In this document: piece by piece, positions 1-13,953 of the stretch | How the letters are laid out: the number at the start of each line of letters is the position of its first letter | How positions within the stretch are numbered: the stretch's first letter is position 1 | Assembly (NCBI RefSeq): GCF_003918875.1 | Contig: NW_025767021.1 | Span: forward strand, 248,001 to 312,000 | Origin: Haliotis rubra | Lineage: Eukaryota | Length of the DNA stretch: 64,000 bases | Direction: 5' to 3' | Program-made: the position numbers and the translations under genes | Notes under the pieces: generated by a model | What the model saw: only the letters and a program-made list of their open reading frames with translations | What the model was told of the DNA's origin: nothing | The model's database searches: none

Positions 1-3000
1 CGGGAACGCGTAAGCGTTAAGTCCTTCCCAAGAGATGCTTAGAGCATCTGTTGCCCCTGTTCGTGGATCTGTCCGACTTGAGGACTGAGTAGGCTCTGCC
101 AACTTTGTAGTAATAACGGAGAGAGTAGTGCTTGAGATACAATGACTTGTATCTAGATCCAACGATCGTGAAACCCTTGCCATGTCCGTAAGGGCAACGA
201 AGCAATGTCCGACTCTGTGACTGCCATCGTTGTGAAGTCTATGTAAGGTAGACTGCCTGCCGTAACCAAAAGTCCGTCAAACGTATGTTGCTGCAATTCG
301 CCTGATGAACCGTCTTCAATGCTGACAGGGAAGGTCTCTAACCCCGTGAAGGCAGTCGAATCACGCAGTTGCCGTCTAACTGGACTGTAATTGAGGCCTT
401 CTTCCCACGTTGAAAGGTTGTTGTCACTTGTAAACAATTCCTTGACATGTGAACTACGTCCGACTTCTGCGCAGGGCGTTGTCTCTCATGGACCAATCAA
501 AATGAAGCATTTTGATTCCTTTAGCTTCCCGCGATGTGACGTCACCGGTGTAGCAGAAAAAAGGTCCTTGTAGAATCTTGTGCAGTCGTTTATATGTTAT
601 CAACACTCGGTCTTGTCCGTAGCCTTCTGGAGTTACACAAGTGACCACGTGTATAGAGGGTTGAATGGTAAACGCGCGAAAGATTTCGCCGCGTAATACC
701 GATGTAGGTAGGCTGTTTCCTGGCTGCTGTGACTGATCTTCAGTCCTGAAGATAATGCAGTCGTCTTTTTATACAGATGATCAGTCCACACCTCCTCAGC
801 GCTGCCACCTGTAGACTGCATTCATCGATCTCAATGAAGTGTCGTAAAATACCCTCTTTGTGTTGAAACACACAGGTCCTTGTAGAGTTGACTTTGTAAC
901 TTCATAGCCTTAGCAAGGCTGTGCTGAACCACGCCAATGTGAATACCTGAAGATCTGTACGCAAGTGAAGATCTCTATATGGACATGACTCCCTCCTGGA
1001 TTCTTCAGATACATCTCTAACCTTTGAGAAGGTGTAGGTTGTTAGCACCAAGGAGTGCAGTTAGTCCCGTTATTATCTTCTGATGTAGATATATCTATCT
1101 TAATTTTCTCAACGATGTGAATCCCGTCCTGGATTCAGTCTGAAGATCTGCGCAGGTGATGAATTCAGACAAGAGTACCCCTCTTGAACTTCAACACGTG
1201 TCCCTCTGTCTTTACGCAGGCGAAGATTTCTTCCTCCATGCTGAAGAGTTCCTTCGTATAGGCTCACAACGAAGATCAAGGTCTGAGGGTGAAGTGGGAT
1301 GGCCAAGGACGTCTATATTAATCGTCGAAACTGCAGAGCATGACTGTCAAGTGCGTGATCCTTCACACATTTCTTCATGCCGATTACCTCCCGCAGCTTC
1401 GTCCTTAGGCTTGCGCGAACCGTCCATTAGGTCCATCATTTGCTGCATAAAAAATACCCGTGTTGAAGGTCTGCGACGACTGCAGATGTAGTGACGCATC
1501 TGAGAGTGTTGCGGCTTTTTGCATTTAACTGTGGTATATTTGGAGACTGGAAGTTTGTTGCCTTCCTGAAGGCTGCGTCAAAGTCCTCAGGTACGCCCGA
1601 GACTGGGTCAATTGGAGGTAAGGTGATTGTGTGTACATCATCGTCCTTCATTAGGTACGTGAATGCTTCATCCGCCATCGTCCTCTGTATCCAGTCCAGT
1701 TGGATATGATCGTTGAGTATCCTCCCTGCATGGAGATCTGCGTGGCAATCTGTGTGGAGATGAGTACGTAGAACTATGTGTAGTTCTAAGAGGAGATGTG
1801 TATGGCGACCTGCGTGGAGGTGAGCGTCTACGTGTCCGGGGTTGCCTTTGCAAAGGCAATATATTCCTATGTGGTGACATTCTTGATGATCTATCTGACG
1901 ACCTTCGCGCAGGTGAGAGATTTGTTGAGGGTCTCAGTCCTGAGACGGCTCTCAGTATCTTCTTGGAGGTGTAAGCCTCTCTGTGATGTAGGTAGCCTGC
2001 GCGAAGGCTCTTCATTTAGCTTTATCATCAGATGACGATCTATTTTGGTCGGATGAATGTCCCTTCCTTCGCGCAAGTTCGTTGACGTCGTGCAGGGTAG
2101 GTCTGCTCTTAGAGCTAGAACCTCTTGTAGATATCTCCGATGCGCCACCTGCGGGGTCCTTCGCGCAGCATTGGTTGAGCATGAGAGGCGGCTGCCTGAC
2201 CATCATGCAAGGTCCTGCGGCGCTTCTCCATCAGGTCCATCATCTGTTGGGAGAATTGCTGCATGAAGGTCGGGGTTGAATGTCTGCGACGAATGTAGAG
2301 ATGACGCATCTGAGAGGATAGCGATATGGTCCAGGGATCGCTGTACATCATGGATCCCTGCTGCCAGTGTAGAAGGTAACTCAGACTCGCGTCGATAATG
2401 TTGCTGACGTTACCGTTGCTGAGGCCTGCGTCTTCTTCTTATGCAGTATCTCTGGGATACGGATAGGCGGTTCTACGCATACAAGCCTATTTCTTCCATC
2501 GGGACGATCTCGGCAGAGAAGGTCCTTGTAGTCTGTGAAGAGCTTCCAGTAGATCTCGTTGAAGCCTTAGGGGTGTAAGGCTTCTTCTGCGACGAAGATG
2601 GCCTCTCCTTCTTCGTATGGGTTGAGGAGTTGTCCGACGTAGAAGATCTTTTCTTCGACGTAATGGCGGACCTCATCCCACGCCCATCTTCTGAAGACGC
2701 CTCCGGCAGGTCACTTGGCAATGTATTCCTAAGTGGTGACTGCCGTGACGATCTTGTTGTTGACGCTGTAGAAGATAATTCAGATGACCTTCGCGCAGGT
2801 GAGAGATTTTGTTGAGGGTCTGAGTCCCGAGACGTCTCTCTCGACCTTCTAGGTGGTGTAGGTTTCTTTCTCTGCTAAGTGGGTAGCCTGCCTGAAGGTT
2901 CTTCATTAGCCTCATCATCTGATGACGATCTATTTGGTTCTGAAGAGAGTGCCGTCCTGCGCGCAGGTTTGCTGACGTCATGTAGCGTAGATCTGCTCTT

Positions 3001-4290
3001 AGTCCTAGAGCTAGATTCTCTGGTGGGCCTCTCAGATGTATCATCAGTGTGGGGTCGTTCGTGCAGGTCTGGATCTTCTCTGAGGTTGATGACTTGAGCA
3101 TGAGAGCCGTCTGGCTGTCCATCATGCAAGGCTCTTTCCTGCGCGAAGCGCTTCTCCATCATCTCCATCATCTGTTGAGAGAATTGCTGCATAAAGGCCC
3201 CGAGGTTGAATGTCTGCGATGATTGTAGAGATGTCGTATCTGAGATGGTAGCGATATGGTCCAGGGATCGCTGTGCTTCATGGATCTCTGCTGTCAGTGT
3301 AGAAGGTAACTCGGACTGCGTAGATAGGGCTGCTGACGTTACCGTTGCTGAGGCCTGCTTCCTTTTCTTATGCTGTATCTCTGGGATGATCAACAGTGGC
3401 TCATCATAAGGCCTCTCTCTTCCATCGGGACGATTTCGGCCGAAAAAAGTCCTCCCAATCTGCGAAGAACTCCCCATTGAGCTGTTTAAAGTCTTAGGGG
3501 TGTAAGGCTTCTTCTGCGTTGAAGATGGCCTCTTCTTCTTCGTATGGGTTGAGGAGTTGTCCGTGTAATGGCGGACATCATCCCACGCCCATCTCAGAAG
3601 ACGCCTCCGGCAGGTCACTGGATGGAAGTATGTCGTCTGACAACGATAGACAGCTCTTGAGGGACTCAGCCGGTTTATCCATGACTTGCAAAAGTCGTCT
3701 GGATTTATCCTAAGCACACCTAAGTACAGAGAAATAATAATGATTAAATTGAATTTGTGTTAATTGCTGACATAAGTTACAGCGAGAGCTGGAAGTACAT
3801 ATTGTTGTGCAACTTTGCACAGTAAATGCGGGTCTGCAGCAGATAACCTACAACGAAAAAAGGTTTCCATGAAATGTAAACAACTGAACAATCACGTAAA
3901 AACCGTGAATGAACAGTCAAATTACGAATAATTTTCAAACCATATTGTAGAAGAATACTCCCTAAAGCCTTATAAAGGTAACTTATAGGGCAATAACTAA
4001 TTAATCAAAGGATATAGTGCCGTATTGGAGATACAGGCGCTCTCCCAACCGTCCACTAGGGCGAAGAAGGAGAGAGTGAAGCGTGGGAAGACGGGTGGCG
4101 TCGTTTTCCAGCCAAAACTGAGAGGAAGACAACTCATGGTGAGTAGTGATTTTACCTCTGCTTTATTGAAGGGAGCTTCAAAAAGGAGATACAAGTGTTC
4201 CACTAACGTTCGGGAAGGAAAGGAGACAAGCAATAATACACGAGTCAGGATAAGGAAAATTATATCTTTTAATATCAATTAGCAAGAAAA
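1..4290 (-). mobile_element. Degraded, unclassified element (possibly the gag-side part of a DIRS-like retroelement or an endogenous virus) inside a DNAI7 intron; truncated by the window start
   Basis: Higher GC/CpG block with a chain of frameshifted minus-strand ORFs (2875-3717, 2473-2721, 1668-2015, 1436-1678, 153-821), partly S/R/T-rich; contains a ~830 bp tandem duplication. No RT, integrase or recombinase motif recognised. Confidence 0.45.
1897..3619. repeat. Diverged tandem duplication, ~830 bp unit (~1897-2714 and ~2783-3619)
   Basis: Shared anchors: gaccttcgcgcaggtgagagatt (~1900 and ~2785), gcgatatggtccagggatcgctgt (~2321 and ~3251), gaagacgcctccggcaggtcact (~2692 and ~3597). Both copies encode FMQQFSQQMM(D/E)(L/M)MEKR. 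Confidence 0.9.
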
Positions 4291-5056
4291 CATTCCTCAT
4301 TTAGTATTTTCATTGAGTGAAATCTGTTGTGTTCCCACAATAGCTGATTGATGTTTTTAGACCATGGGGTAAAATGCAAAGTAACATGATGGTTTTAAAC
4401 AAGGGAGCTAAAGAACTGAAGGGCTGTAATATATGCATTTGTAGTGGTACTCTGGTGAATGTATGTCACATGGTAGTTTCATACACTTTGATGTGGTTGG
4501 TCTTGTGAAGCATATACTACTTGTTACAATGTTGTGATTGAACACATTATAAAAATATGGATCACCTTGACACAGCCATGTTTGTGTTCCAGCTGATAGC
4601 TGAGTTAGAGTACATGCTGACAGACACCCCGACCGAGGAGCTGACAGACAGACAGGTAGCAGCATACAAGGAGGTAGGTAGCAGTAACCATGGTCAAGCT
4701 TCCAAAGCTTGACTAGATATTTAGGGTAAAAATAGCAACTTCTTAATGAAAAGAGAGATGATAGAAGCAAGTGCTTGCCCCTTATATCGTTAAAATATCA
4801 TCCAGAATGTTCCATTCTATGTTGAATTCGCCTTTGAAGGTTCTGTACATGCATTCACATACGCTGGACATATATTTATATTTACATACACAAGCCATAT
4901 ACACACATGCACAGGACATATACATTCATACACGGGCTATATCCTTTCATACAGAAGCCATATACTCACATGTAAACACATACACTGTCCATCTAAGCCC
5001 ATTTTAACAGATAAATATTCATCATTCGAGTCCAGTGTTGTGATTCCTGTGCTGTA

Positions 5057-5208
5057 TGGTTTTACAACACTTTTAGCAATATTCCAGCAATATCACAGCA
5101 GGTGACGCCAGAAATGGGCTTCACACATTGTACCCATGTGGGGAATCGAACCCAGGTGTTCGGCGTGACAAGTGAACACTTTACCCACTAGGCTACCCTT
5201 CCACCCCT
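5057..5208 (-). mobile_element. tRNA-derived short SINE, family A
   Basis: Reverse complement carries A/B boxes (tagcctagtgg...ggttcgattcc) and the gatattgctggaatattgctaaaag core; similar to copies at 19798, 21692 and 51222. Confidence 0.85.
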
Positions 5209-5249
5209 AGTTTACTTTGAACCTCACTCAGTTTCACTGTTGTGCATAG

Positions 5250-8200
5250 ACAATCGAGGAGATCCAGGATGTGATCCGGGGGAAGCTGGACAAAGCGGTG
5301 TTCCATGTGCTGTGTGATGCCAGCACCATGCAGGACCCAGAGACATATAATCTCCAGTTTGTTATAAAGAATCCAGAAATACAGCTGTGCATCTGGGGAA
5401 ATCTCAGCAAAAATCCAAGGTAAATAAATTTTTCGATTTTTTATTGTTGCCTCCCATGTGAACAGGTTTACATAATACCAGACACATTAACAACATTACA
5501 TTTGAAAACAGTAGATAGTGGACAATAATTGTAAAGGCTATCAAGTCTGTGACTGCAACTGTTTGCAGCTGCAGGACTTTCTGTCCATCACATGAAACTT
5601 GACATAATTTGTGACCTTGTTTATTACATCATCCTCCAGCTTTATGTATCATAGGGCTGGGACAGGTAACCTGGATACCTGGGATGGGTGGGTAATGAGT
5701 TGGACCCGTTATGATCCTTTGTATAATAGATTAAGCAATGTAATATGTTAATCTTTCATGATTCACAATGATTAAGAGATTGTATTATCTTTGAAGATTT
5801 AGACATAATTTACAGTTACCTGTTTTTAATATACCGGTAACACATGCTTAGATATTGAAAAACTCAAAAAAAATTGCCTCTGAGCGGAAGAATATATTGT
5901 CATTTCTTTACAAATTTGATGTCAGGAATTAACATAACGGGTATCAGGATAGGGCAGGGTAATATGGGGTGGGTTACCCAGGTAGAAAATTTGGACCCAT
6001 CCCAGCCTTAAAATCTAATAATTATTTTCATGCTTTGTCGGTACAATAACTGTGTTTGTGGGTTTTACCAAAGTGGTTACCTCTGTGTCCTCCCTGCCTG
6101 GCAAAGGGCTTATTTTACGGAATTTCTTCTAGGGTGAAGTCTTTCGAGTTCCAAGATGTTGGTTTCACCTTTGACATCCCACGTGTGCTAGCTCTGTCAG
6201 ACTGTTCGTTCCAAGTTCGCATGACAAAGTATGACCATTTCTCCATGTACAGCAAGACCTTCAGTCCTCGCTTGAAGAAGAAAGAAGGTAATATTCTGAT
6301 ATTCTGAATCATAGTTTTATTACAGGCAACTGAAATGAATTAATGTAACAGTGATGACTGTTCTTTTTATTGTTCTACATGTAAAATGATGCGCTGTGAT
6401 GATCTATAGCCCACTTTTATGTCTTGTTATGTACGGTACATCAGTATTTTTTATTATAATATGCTAGTTTTCAACGTAAATTTGTTATAATTCTAGCTAT
6501 TTTACTATCCTTTGTAGACAAGTATGGATGTATTAATTATGCATAACCTTTTATAGTCATGATATACTACTCACACTTTGCTAAGGATCACAAAAATTCA
6601 TAACTTTACTTAAACATAGATTTATAATTTGATATTGTATCCATTTAAAACTGGATAAATAATAATATCGTAACCCCTGTTTAGGCAAACATCCACTTTC
6701 ATCTAATCTTATGCACTTGATATATGAGTAACCAAAAAAATGGTTTTCATGGCACCAATCAACCATTTTGCAAATCATGGAACAAGTCATTGACAAGTAC
6801 ACAACACCTGTCAATAGCAGGTATGGGATCCACAAGATGCAGTGACATACTGAAACCTGGGATCTATGCTTACAATAAACTGAGATATGTAAACCAAATT
6901 AGACCCCACATCATAGGTTTCTGTTGAATCAATGATTTGATCCTAAGCAAAGTGTGAATAGTATATGACGGAAGCACCGCAAATGCAACTTTAACTTATA
7001 ACTCACTTACTAATGCACTATGGAATCTTTCAGAAGTTGTTCCTGAACCAGTGGAGGAGAAGGAAGAAAAACCCGAGGAAGAGGAGGAAAAGAAGGAAGG
7101 CGAAGAGGGGGCAGAGGAGGAGGCAGAAGCAGACAGGGAAGACACAGAGGTAACTCAATTCTCAAATTGGACAAATGTCCCATGGTCACAAAGTATTTGT
7201 TACTATTCACTTTGGTTAGCACTTTACTGATGAAGAAATAACACTGGAAGTTGGTAGTTCAGGGTCTCGTTCGGCAGTGTTAGTTGGCCCTGTGATTGTT
7301 GCAGTTAGTGGCGGCAGTCATAGGGCTAAGATCACTTTGTGCACCCAGGCCGATGGATCCTGCTCAGTGGAAAGTATTGCGTTTATAACATGGCAGTTCT
7401 GTTTTGTCAGGACCTTATGGCACAGCTGAGGAAGATGGATGGTGGGGAGGAGGAGGAGGAAGAAGATACAGAGAAGAAGGAGGAGGTTGAAGAAGAGGAA
7501 GAGGACTTTGAAGATCCTCCAACACCAGGTGACAACAGCATAATCATAAAGGCTAGGCCAATAGTCCAGTACTGAAAATCAAGAGGAACCATTTTGTCTC
7601 CCCAAATATTGTTATTTTATATAAATCTGAAATAACTTGTGGACTAGTTGTATACCTCCAGCCCAACCCTGTGAAGGCAACTTAAACATCAAATGGATCA
7701 TGTTCATAAACTCTTATTTAGTAAATCCATCCATTGCTTTCCATCCATGATAATTAACATCCTTGATAGTGTTGATGTTATCTTGGTATTCAGAACCCCC
7801 TGAGTGGGAAGACTTCGAGGAAGATGATGATGTTGTTGACCTGAGGGCCTACAACGTCCTAGGCGGAGTTTTCACGTTTGACCTCATGGCTCTTCCTCCA
7901 CAGCCCAAACCCGTCAACCAGTGGACTTTAACTAGATGTAAGTAAAAGGCCTATACATTTATATTATCTAGAAACTCTCCTCATGGCATGATTTCTAAAC
8001 TGGACACTTCATGTCCAACTGAAACATGGTAATTGTATTCCTTTAGTACTTTCTTGCAGTGTCACTAAAACCAGCAAACTAAACTTGATTATACAGAGGA
8101 ATGAACCTGAACTCTCTTCCAGTGGTGAACCCCCCACAGATCGAGCTGATGGATTATGTGGCTGAACTGCCTGCACCTGCTGCTGCCAGTGCCCAGACGA

Positions 8201-11200
8201 AGGACCAGAAGGACACACAGACACAGGAGAAGGACAAGCGAGATGAGAAGCCTCCTATAGGTGTCACTATCAAGTAGGTGGAACCTGTACTAGATGACTG
8301 TAACCTGTACTTGATGACTGTAACCTGTACTAGATGACAGTAACCTGTACTAGATGACTGTAACCTGTACTTGATATGACAGGAACCTGTACAAGATGAC
8401 TGTAACCTGTACTTGATGACTGTAACCTGTACTAGATGACAGTAACCTGTACAAGATGACTGTAACCTGTACTTGATATGACAGTAACCTGTACAAGATG
8501 TAACCTGTACTAGATGACTGTAACCTGTACTAGATGACTGTAACCTGTACTAGATGACTGTAACCTGTACTAGATGACTGTAACCTGTACTTGATATGAC
8601 AGGAACCTGTACTAGATGACAGTAACCTGTACTAGATGACAGTAACCTGTACTAGATGACTGTAACCTGTACTAGATGACTGTAACCTGTACTAGATGAC
8701 TGTAACCTGTAAACCTGTACTAGATGACTGTAACCTACTAGATGACAGTAACCTGTACTAGATGACAGTAACCTGTACAAGATGACAGTAACCTGTACTA
8801 GATGACTGTAACCTGTACTAGATGACTGTAACCTGTACTAGATGACTGTAACCTGTACTTGATATGACTGTAACCTGTACTAGATGACTGTAACCTGTAC
8901 AAGATGACTGTAACCTGTACTAGATGACTGTAACCTGTACTAGATGACTGTAACCTGTACTTGATATGACTGTAACCTGTACTTGATATGACAGTAACCT
9001 GTACTAGATGACAGTAACCTGTACAAGATGACAGTAACCTGTACAAGATGACTGTAACCTGTACTAGATGACTGTAACCTGTACTTGATATGACTGTAAC
9101 CTGTACAAGATGACAGTAACCTGTACAAGATGACTGTAACCTGTACTTGATATGACTGTGACCTGTACTTGATATGACTGTGATATGACTGTAACCTGTA
9201 CTTGATATGACTGTAACCTGTACAAGATGACAGTAACCTGTACAAGATGACTGTAACCTGTACTTGATATGACTGTGACCTGTACTTGATATGACTGTGA
9301 TATGACTGTAACCTGTACTTGATATGACTGTAACCTGACAAGATGACAGTAACCTGTACAAGATGACAGTAACCTGTACAAGATGACAGTAACCTGTACA
9401 AGATGACTGTAACCCGTACAAGATGACTGTAACCTGTACTTGATATGACTGTAACCTGTACAAGATGACAGTAACCTGTACAAGATGACTGTAACCTGTA
9501 CTTGATATGACTGTGACCTGTACTTGATATGACTGTGATATGACTGTAACCTGTACTTGATATGACTGTAACCTGTACAAGATGACAGTAACCTGTACAA
9601 GATGACTGTAACCTGTACTTGATATGACTGTGACCTGTACTTGATATGACTGTGATATGACTGTAACCTGTACTTGATATGACTGTAACCTGTACAAGAT
9701 GACAGTAACCTGTACAAGATGACTGTAACCTGTACTTGATATGACAGTAACCTGTACAAGATGACTGTAACCTGTACTTGATATGACTGTAACCTGTACT
9801 TGATATGACTGTAACCTGTACTTGATATGACAGTAACCTGTACTTGATATGACAGTAACCTGTACTTGATATGACTGTAACCTGTACTTGATATGACAGT
9901 AACCTGTACTTGATATGACAGTAACCTGTACTTGATATGACTGTAACCTGTACTTGATATGACAGTAACCTGTACAAGATGACTGTAACCTGTACTTGAT
10001 ATGACTGTAACCTGTACTTGATATGACAGTAACCTGTACTTGATATGACAGTAACCTGTACTTGATATGACTGTAACCTGTACTTGATATGACAGTAACC
10101 TGTACTTGATATGACAGTAACCTGTACTTGATATGACTGTAACCTGTACTTGATATGACAGTAACCTGTACAAGATGACTGTAACCTGTACTTGATATGA
10201 CTGTAACCTGTACTTGATATGACAGTAACCTGTACTTGATATGACAGTAACCTGTACTTGATATGATTGTAACCTGTACTTGATATGACAGTAACCTGTA
10301 CTTGATATGACAGTAACCTGTACTTGATATGACTGTAACCTGTACTTGATATGACAGTAACCTGTACAAGATGACAGAGGTGTAACCTGTTGCAGGTTGC
10401 CATCTGATGTGATGTTCCAGGAGGAACCCCAGGTAGTTCGGTGGGATGAAGACAAGAGACACTGGCGGCTGGACGGATTCTCAGACATTGTCTACAATGA
10501 CGGTAAAAACAGAATACTTTACTTTGAAAAACCTTTACTTAGTGTACCAGTGATTCTCAGCATTTTGTGTTGCATAAATCCAGTGCTGATGCCTCCAAGC
10601 GTAGACAAAATATATAGATTCACGATGTGTCAACGAGATGTCAGTTTTTCATTTGCTGTTGCAGAGAACCGGACATTTGGTTTCAAGATGTACAAGTTTG
10701 GCATCATGGCACTGATACAGGAGACACACATCAACATGCCATTCCAGTCTTGGGAGCTCCGCCCCCGGGCGGTCAACAAGGCGGTTCTGTCCATCATTGC
10801 AGCCATTGTGGAGCTGGACATTGAGATAGAGGTGAGGTGTAATTTGTGTAGGTCAGAATTGTCCTGAGCTTGGGTGTAAGTGGCAACTTCAAGTCACTGG
10901 ATTGTGAAGTCCAGACCCAATTGTTTTCAGTTTATTCATGGCTGCTCCCATAAAGCTGGAATGCTGCTGGGCGGGGCATGAAATTACTAACAAACACGAA
11001 ATAATGTTGGACATGCTATCTGAATGACTGTTTTAGAGCATTCATAAGTTTCAAATATTATATAAACCTTACCTTTCCTTGACAACAGATCAAAGGTCCT
11101 TTATCCTTTTACAGATAATCCTGACATGGACTGCTGTGCAACTTCATTATTGTTTTCATTCTTTCACCTTTCAGAATTCAATGTGTTGTCTGAGCACCTC

Positions 11201-13953
11201 TTTTGAAGATCCTGCGCTGAGGCATCTCAAGGGGCAGATGATGACTCCAGCAGACTTAATTCAAGTAAGGCACTTTTCTAGCTTCTGCAGATAGATCTGG
11301 TATTATTATAGTTACTTTGAAATAGTTGGCATGGCATTTAGAACTGGCAAGTCATCCTGTTTTCAGTGGCGAGATAGCCTAGACGTTACCACATTGGTTG
11401 CCAGTAGTTCATCTTGTCCAAAACCCTATTTCCATTTCCAACATGGGTGAAATATGTGGAGCCAGATATCTGCTACTATGGCTGAAGTATAGTTCAATAA
11501 ACATGCATTCATTCTAGGAGAGATTTGGTTAAATTTGTAATGAGAATGTGTGAGAGCAGGCAAAGCATTCATAAGAAGTTATACTGTGGTGTTTAATTGT
11601 TTCCCTACCTTGTTTCCAGAGTTTAAGGAAAGCTGGTGTGAATGTCTTCCCGTCTGAGGACTCCTCCAAGTATGTCAGCATCCAGAACAAGGTAGGAGGT
11701 GATGCTGCTGAACCACCAGTACACATCATGCTATCATTTTGAAGTAAGAAATATAAATGATGTGTAAAAATATTTATGTCTTTGTCTGAATTGAATGTGG
11801 TTGATCTCAAGGTATGAAGAACCATGTCAACCCAGTTCACTATGTGCATGTTCAACTTCAAAATTCCTGAATTCCTGAGACAATTCATGCATTGTTTTCA
11901 GCATTGCTTGGTAATAAATCCCAGTTCTGGCTCAAATGCTGATGATGAGTGTATGTTGTTTCAGCATCAAGTGTTGGAGTCACGGACATATGAACAGATG
12001 GCTCTTACTGCATCAGCCATGACGTACTCCTGGTCCAAGTGGAACCAGGACAAGGAGACAGACCAGATCATCTTCCAAGGCTCGGAACATCTCAGCGATG
12101 AGCGGTTGTTGGAGGTGTGCACATGATCCCTACATATTCTTCACTCTATTGGAAAACTGAAGCTTGAGATCATAATTGTGGAATAATACATTAAGAATAA
12201 ACATCAATGGATTAGGAGAGTACGACTGGACACCTTTTAAAAGTGGACTACACAACAATAGATAATAAGGCATATTTACTGATGATGAACTGAGATTAGT
12301 TCCATGTGAGAGTCAGCGTGAATTCTTCATGTTCATCACAGTAACCCTAGCATATTTGGTTTCTGGTGATTTATCTGCCATTTCTAAAAGTCCTTATTAT
12401 GGATGGCGATATCTGTTTATGACAATATGCTAGTTTTAAGTATAAATCTGTGATGACTATAGTTACAGTATACCCTAGTTATAATGCCACCATTAGTCCA
12501 GGAGAAAATAGATGGCATTCTATTACCCACGTGGTCAACGTATGGGTAGTTGCATACTAATCTCATACGTCACACGAGTGTCGTATCGCGTTGACCTGTG
12601 TCGTAACGACTTGACCTGAGATTCTAACAATTTGATTGGATAACCAATCTCTCAATTACGTCCCGTTGTGACGGAACCACTTGTTCATTCATAACAAACA
12701 CATGAATTCATTCATTCTACAACTTATATGCATTGTGGGAATGTAAACATTGTGAACGTTGCCGTATTGCTGTTTAATTGTGAATCGAACTGAAACATTG
12801 TATCCGTCGAAAAACATAAACGCAATGTTTCCACCAGTGATGTTAGCCGAGTGAAGCAACTGCAAACCAAGAAAAGGGGTGCTACGGAGTAGTTTACTGT
12901 AGGAGGCTGTACGAGGCGATGACAACTGACATGCATCATGACGTTGGTTACCAAGGGAGCAGACGAGTATGGTGTAGTGACGTCAATACAGTTCGACGTC
13001 ATGCAAAAGTGAACTACAGAACAAAATTATTCCACAACCTCTTTATGAAACCGGTTTCGGTTTGAAACCATAACAATAACAAAAATACGCTGTTTGTCAA
13101 TTTATTTATTACATGCATGTAAGACGTGGGTAATAAATAAAATACCACACTCGGTCTCATTACATATGAATTATACGAAACTCATGACACTCGTTTCGTA
13201 TAATTCATATGTAATGAGACCGAGTGTAGTATTCTCTATATATCCAGGGTTGCATTATAACCAAGGTGGCATTATAACCAGGGTGCACTATATTTTTCTG
13301 TCCTTTGTAGAGAGGTATCTATATCGTATACAGGTGTTTCTTAAGCAGATTTTGGCTCAAACACTGCTGATGCCACCTAAAATCCTCACTCACTCTACAC
13401 AGGGCCAACTATCCAACATGTTTATATATTTGTTACAGGAGGACTGGACCCTGTTCCAGGCAGGCAAGAGACAGGTGAAGCAACTCACCATGACAGAGTT
13501 TGATGAGGTGTTCACTGAGGAGTCAAAACATCCAGGGACAGTAAGGAGAACTTTCCTACACAAAATAGTAGTCCTTGAATTTGGGACAAACAGTGCGTAA
13601 ATACAGGACACTATTTTAAACTGTTTACATACGGAATTTACAGATACACAACACCCACATGATGTAACATTCCTTCACACCATCAACCCCGACCCATCAG
13701 TGCTCAAATAATGTGAATCATTTCTCTTATCTGCCCCCTATATAGCAGAGATGTTTTTAAGTAACACTGAGGTGAGTAATAACATATCCATCACTCATGG
13801 TTTGTGTACTTTCAGTTCAAGTCCAATCTGTACCATCTGATTGTGGACACAGGGTCCGAGGAGGCCAAGGACAGGATCTATAACTCCAGCTATGAGTTTG
13901 TGGATTGTGTTCAACAGTTACTGGAGGCAACAAAAGTACTCACCTACTCTTAA
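5250..13953 (+). CDS. DNAI7: Dynein axonemal intermediate chain 7 (CASC1/CFAP94), 3' 13 exons; 5' exons lie upstream of the window
   Basis: In-phase GT-AG exons: 5250-5419, 6133-6287, 7034-7149, 7411-7528, 7794-7937, 8123-8273, 10396-10502, 10665-10831, 11175-11264, 11620-11691, 11965-12114, 13439-13540, 13816-13953. Casc1-type motifs LCIWGNLSKNPR, VDLRAYNVLGGVFTFDLMALPPQPK, HINMPFQSWELRP, AGVNVFP, WSKWN and C-terminal LLEATKVLTYS*. Confidence 0.9.
5652..6010. mobile_element. Non-autonomous hAT-like MITE
   Basis: Imperfect TIRs tagggctgggac ... atcccagcctta; same terminus type as the MITE at 60513. Confidence 0.6.
8281..10390. repeat. Minisatellite with 20/22-bp units (taacctgtactagatgactg / taacctgtacttgatatgactg), about 100 copies, filling DNAI7 intron 8274-10395
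   Basis: Directly visible tandem array; it explains the spurious ORFs at 8798-10488. Confidence 0.97.
11367..11515 (+). mobile_element. Degraded SINE family A copy
   Basis: gtggcgagatagcctag...caacatggg...aatatgtggagcc...actatggctgaagtat is collinear with the SINE A copies. Confidence 0.5.
12466..13290. mobile_element. TA-flanked Tc1/pogo-type MITE with a nested hairpin-bearing element
   Basis: TA|cagtataccctagttataatgccacc ... ggtggcattataaccagggtgcacta|TA inverted termini. Confidence 0.65.
12508..13240. mobile_element. Non-autonomous element with subterminal inverted repeats and a terminal 35-bp perfect hairpin (Crypton- or Helentron-like)
   Basis: attacccacgt (~12522) and acgtgggtaat (~13124) are inverted. 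Perfect stem 13147-13181 / 13193-13227 with an 11-nt loop. Confidence 0.6.

Noticed and set aside
8798-10488. Three long (474-554 aa) minus-strand ORFs
   Set aside because: They are translations of the 20/22-bp minisatellite, open in all frames and antisense to a DNAI7 intron.
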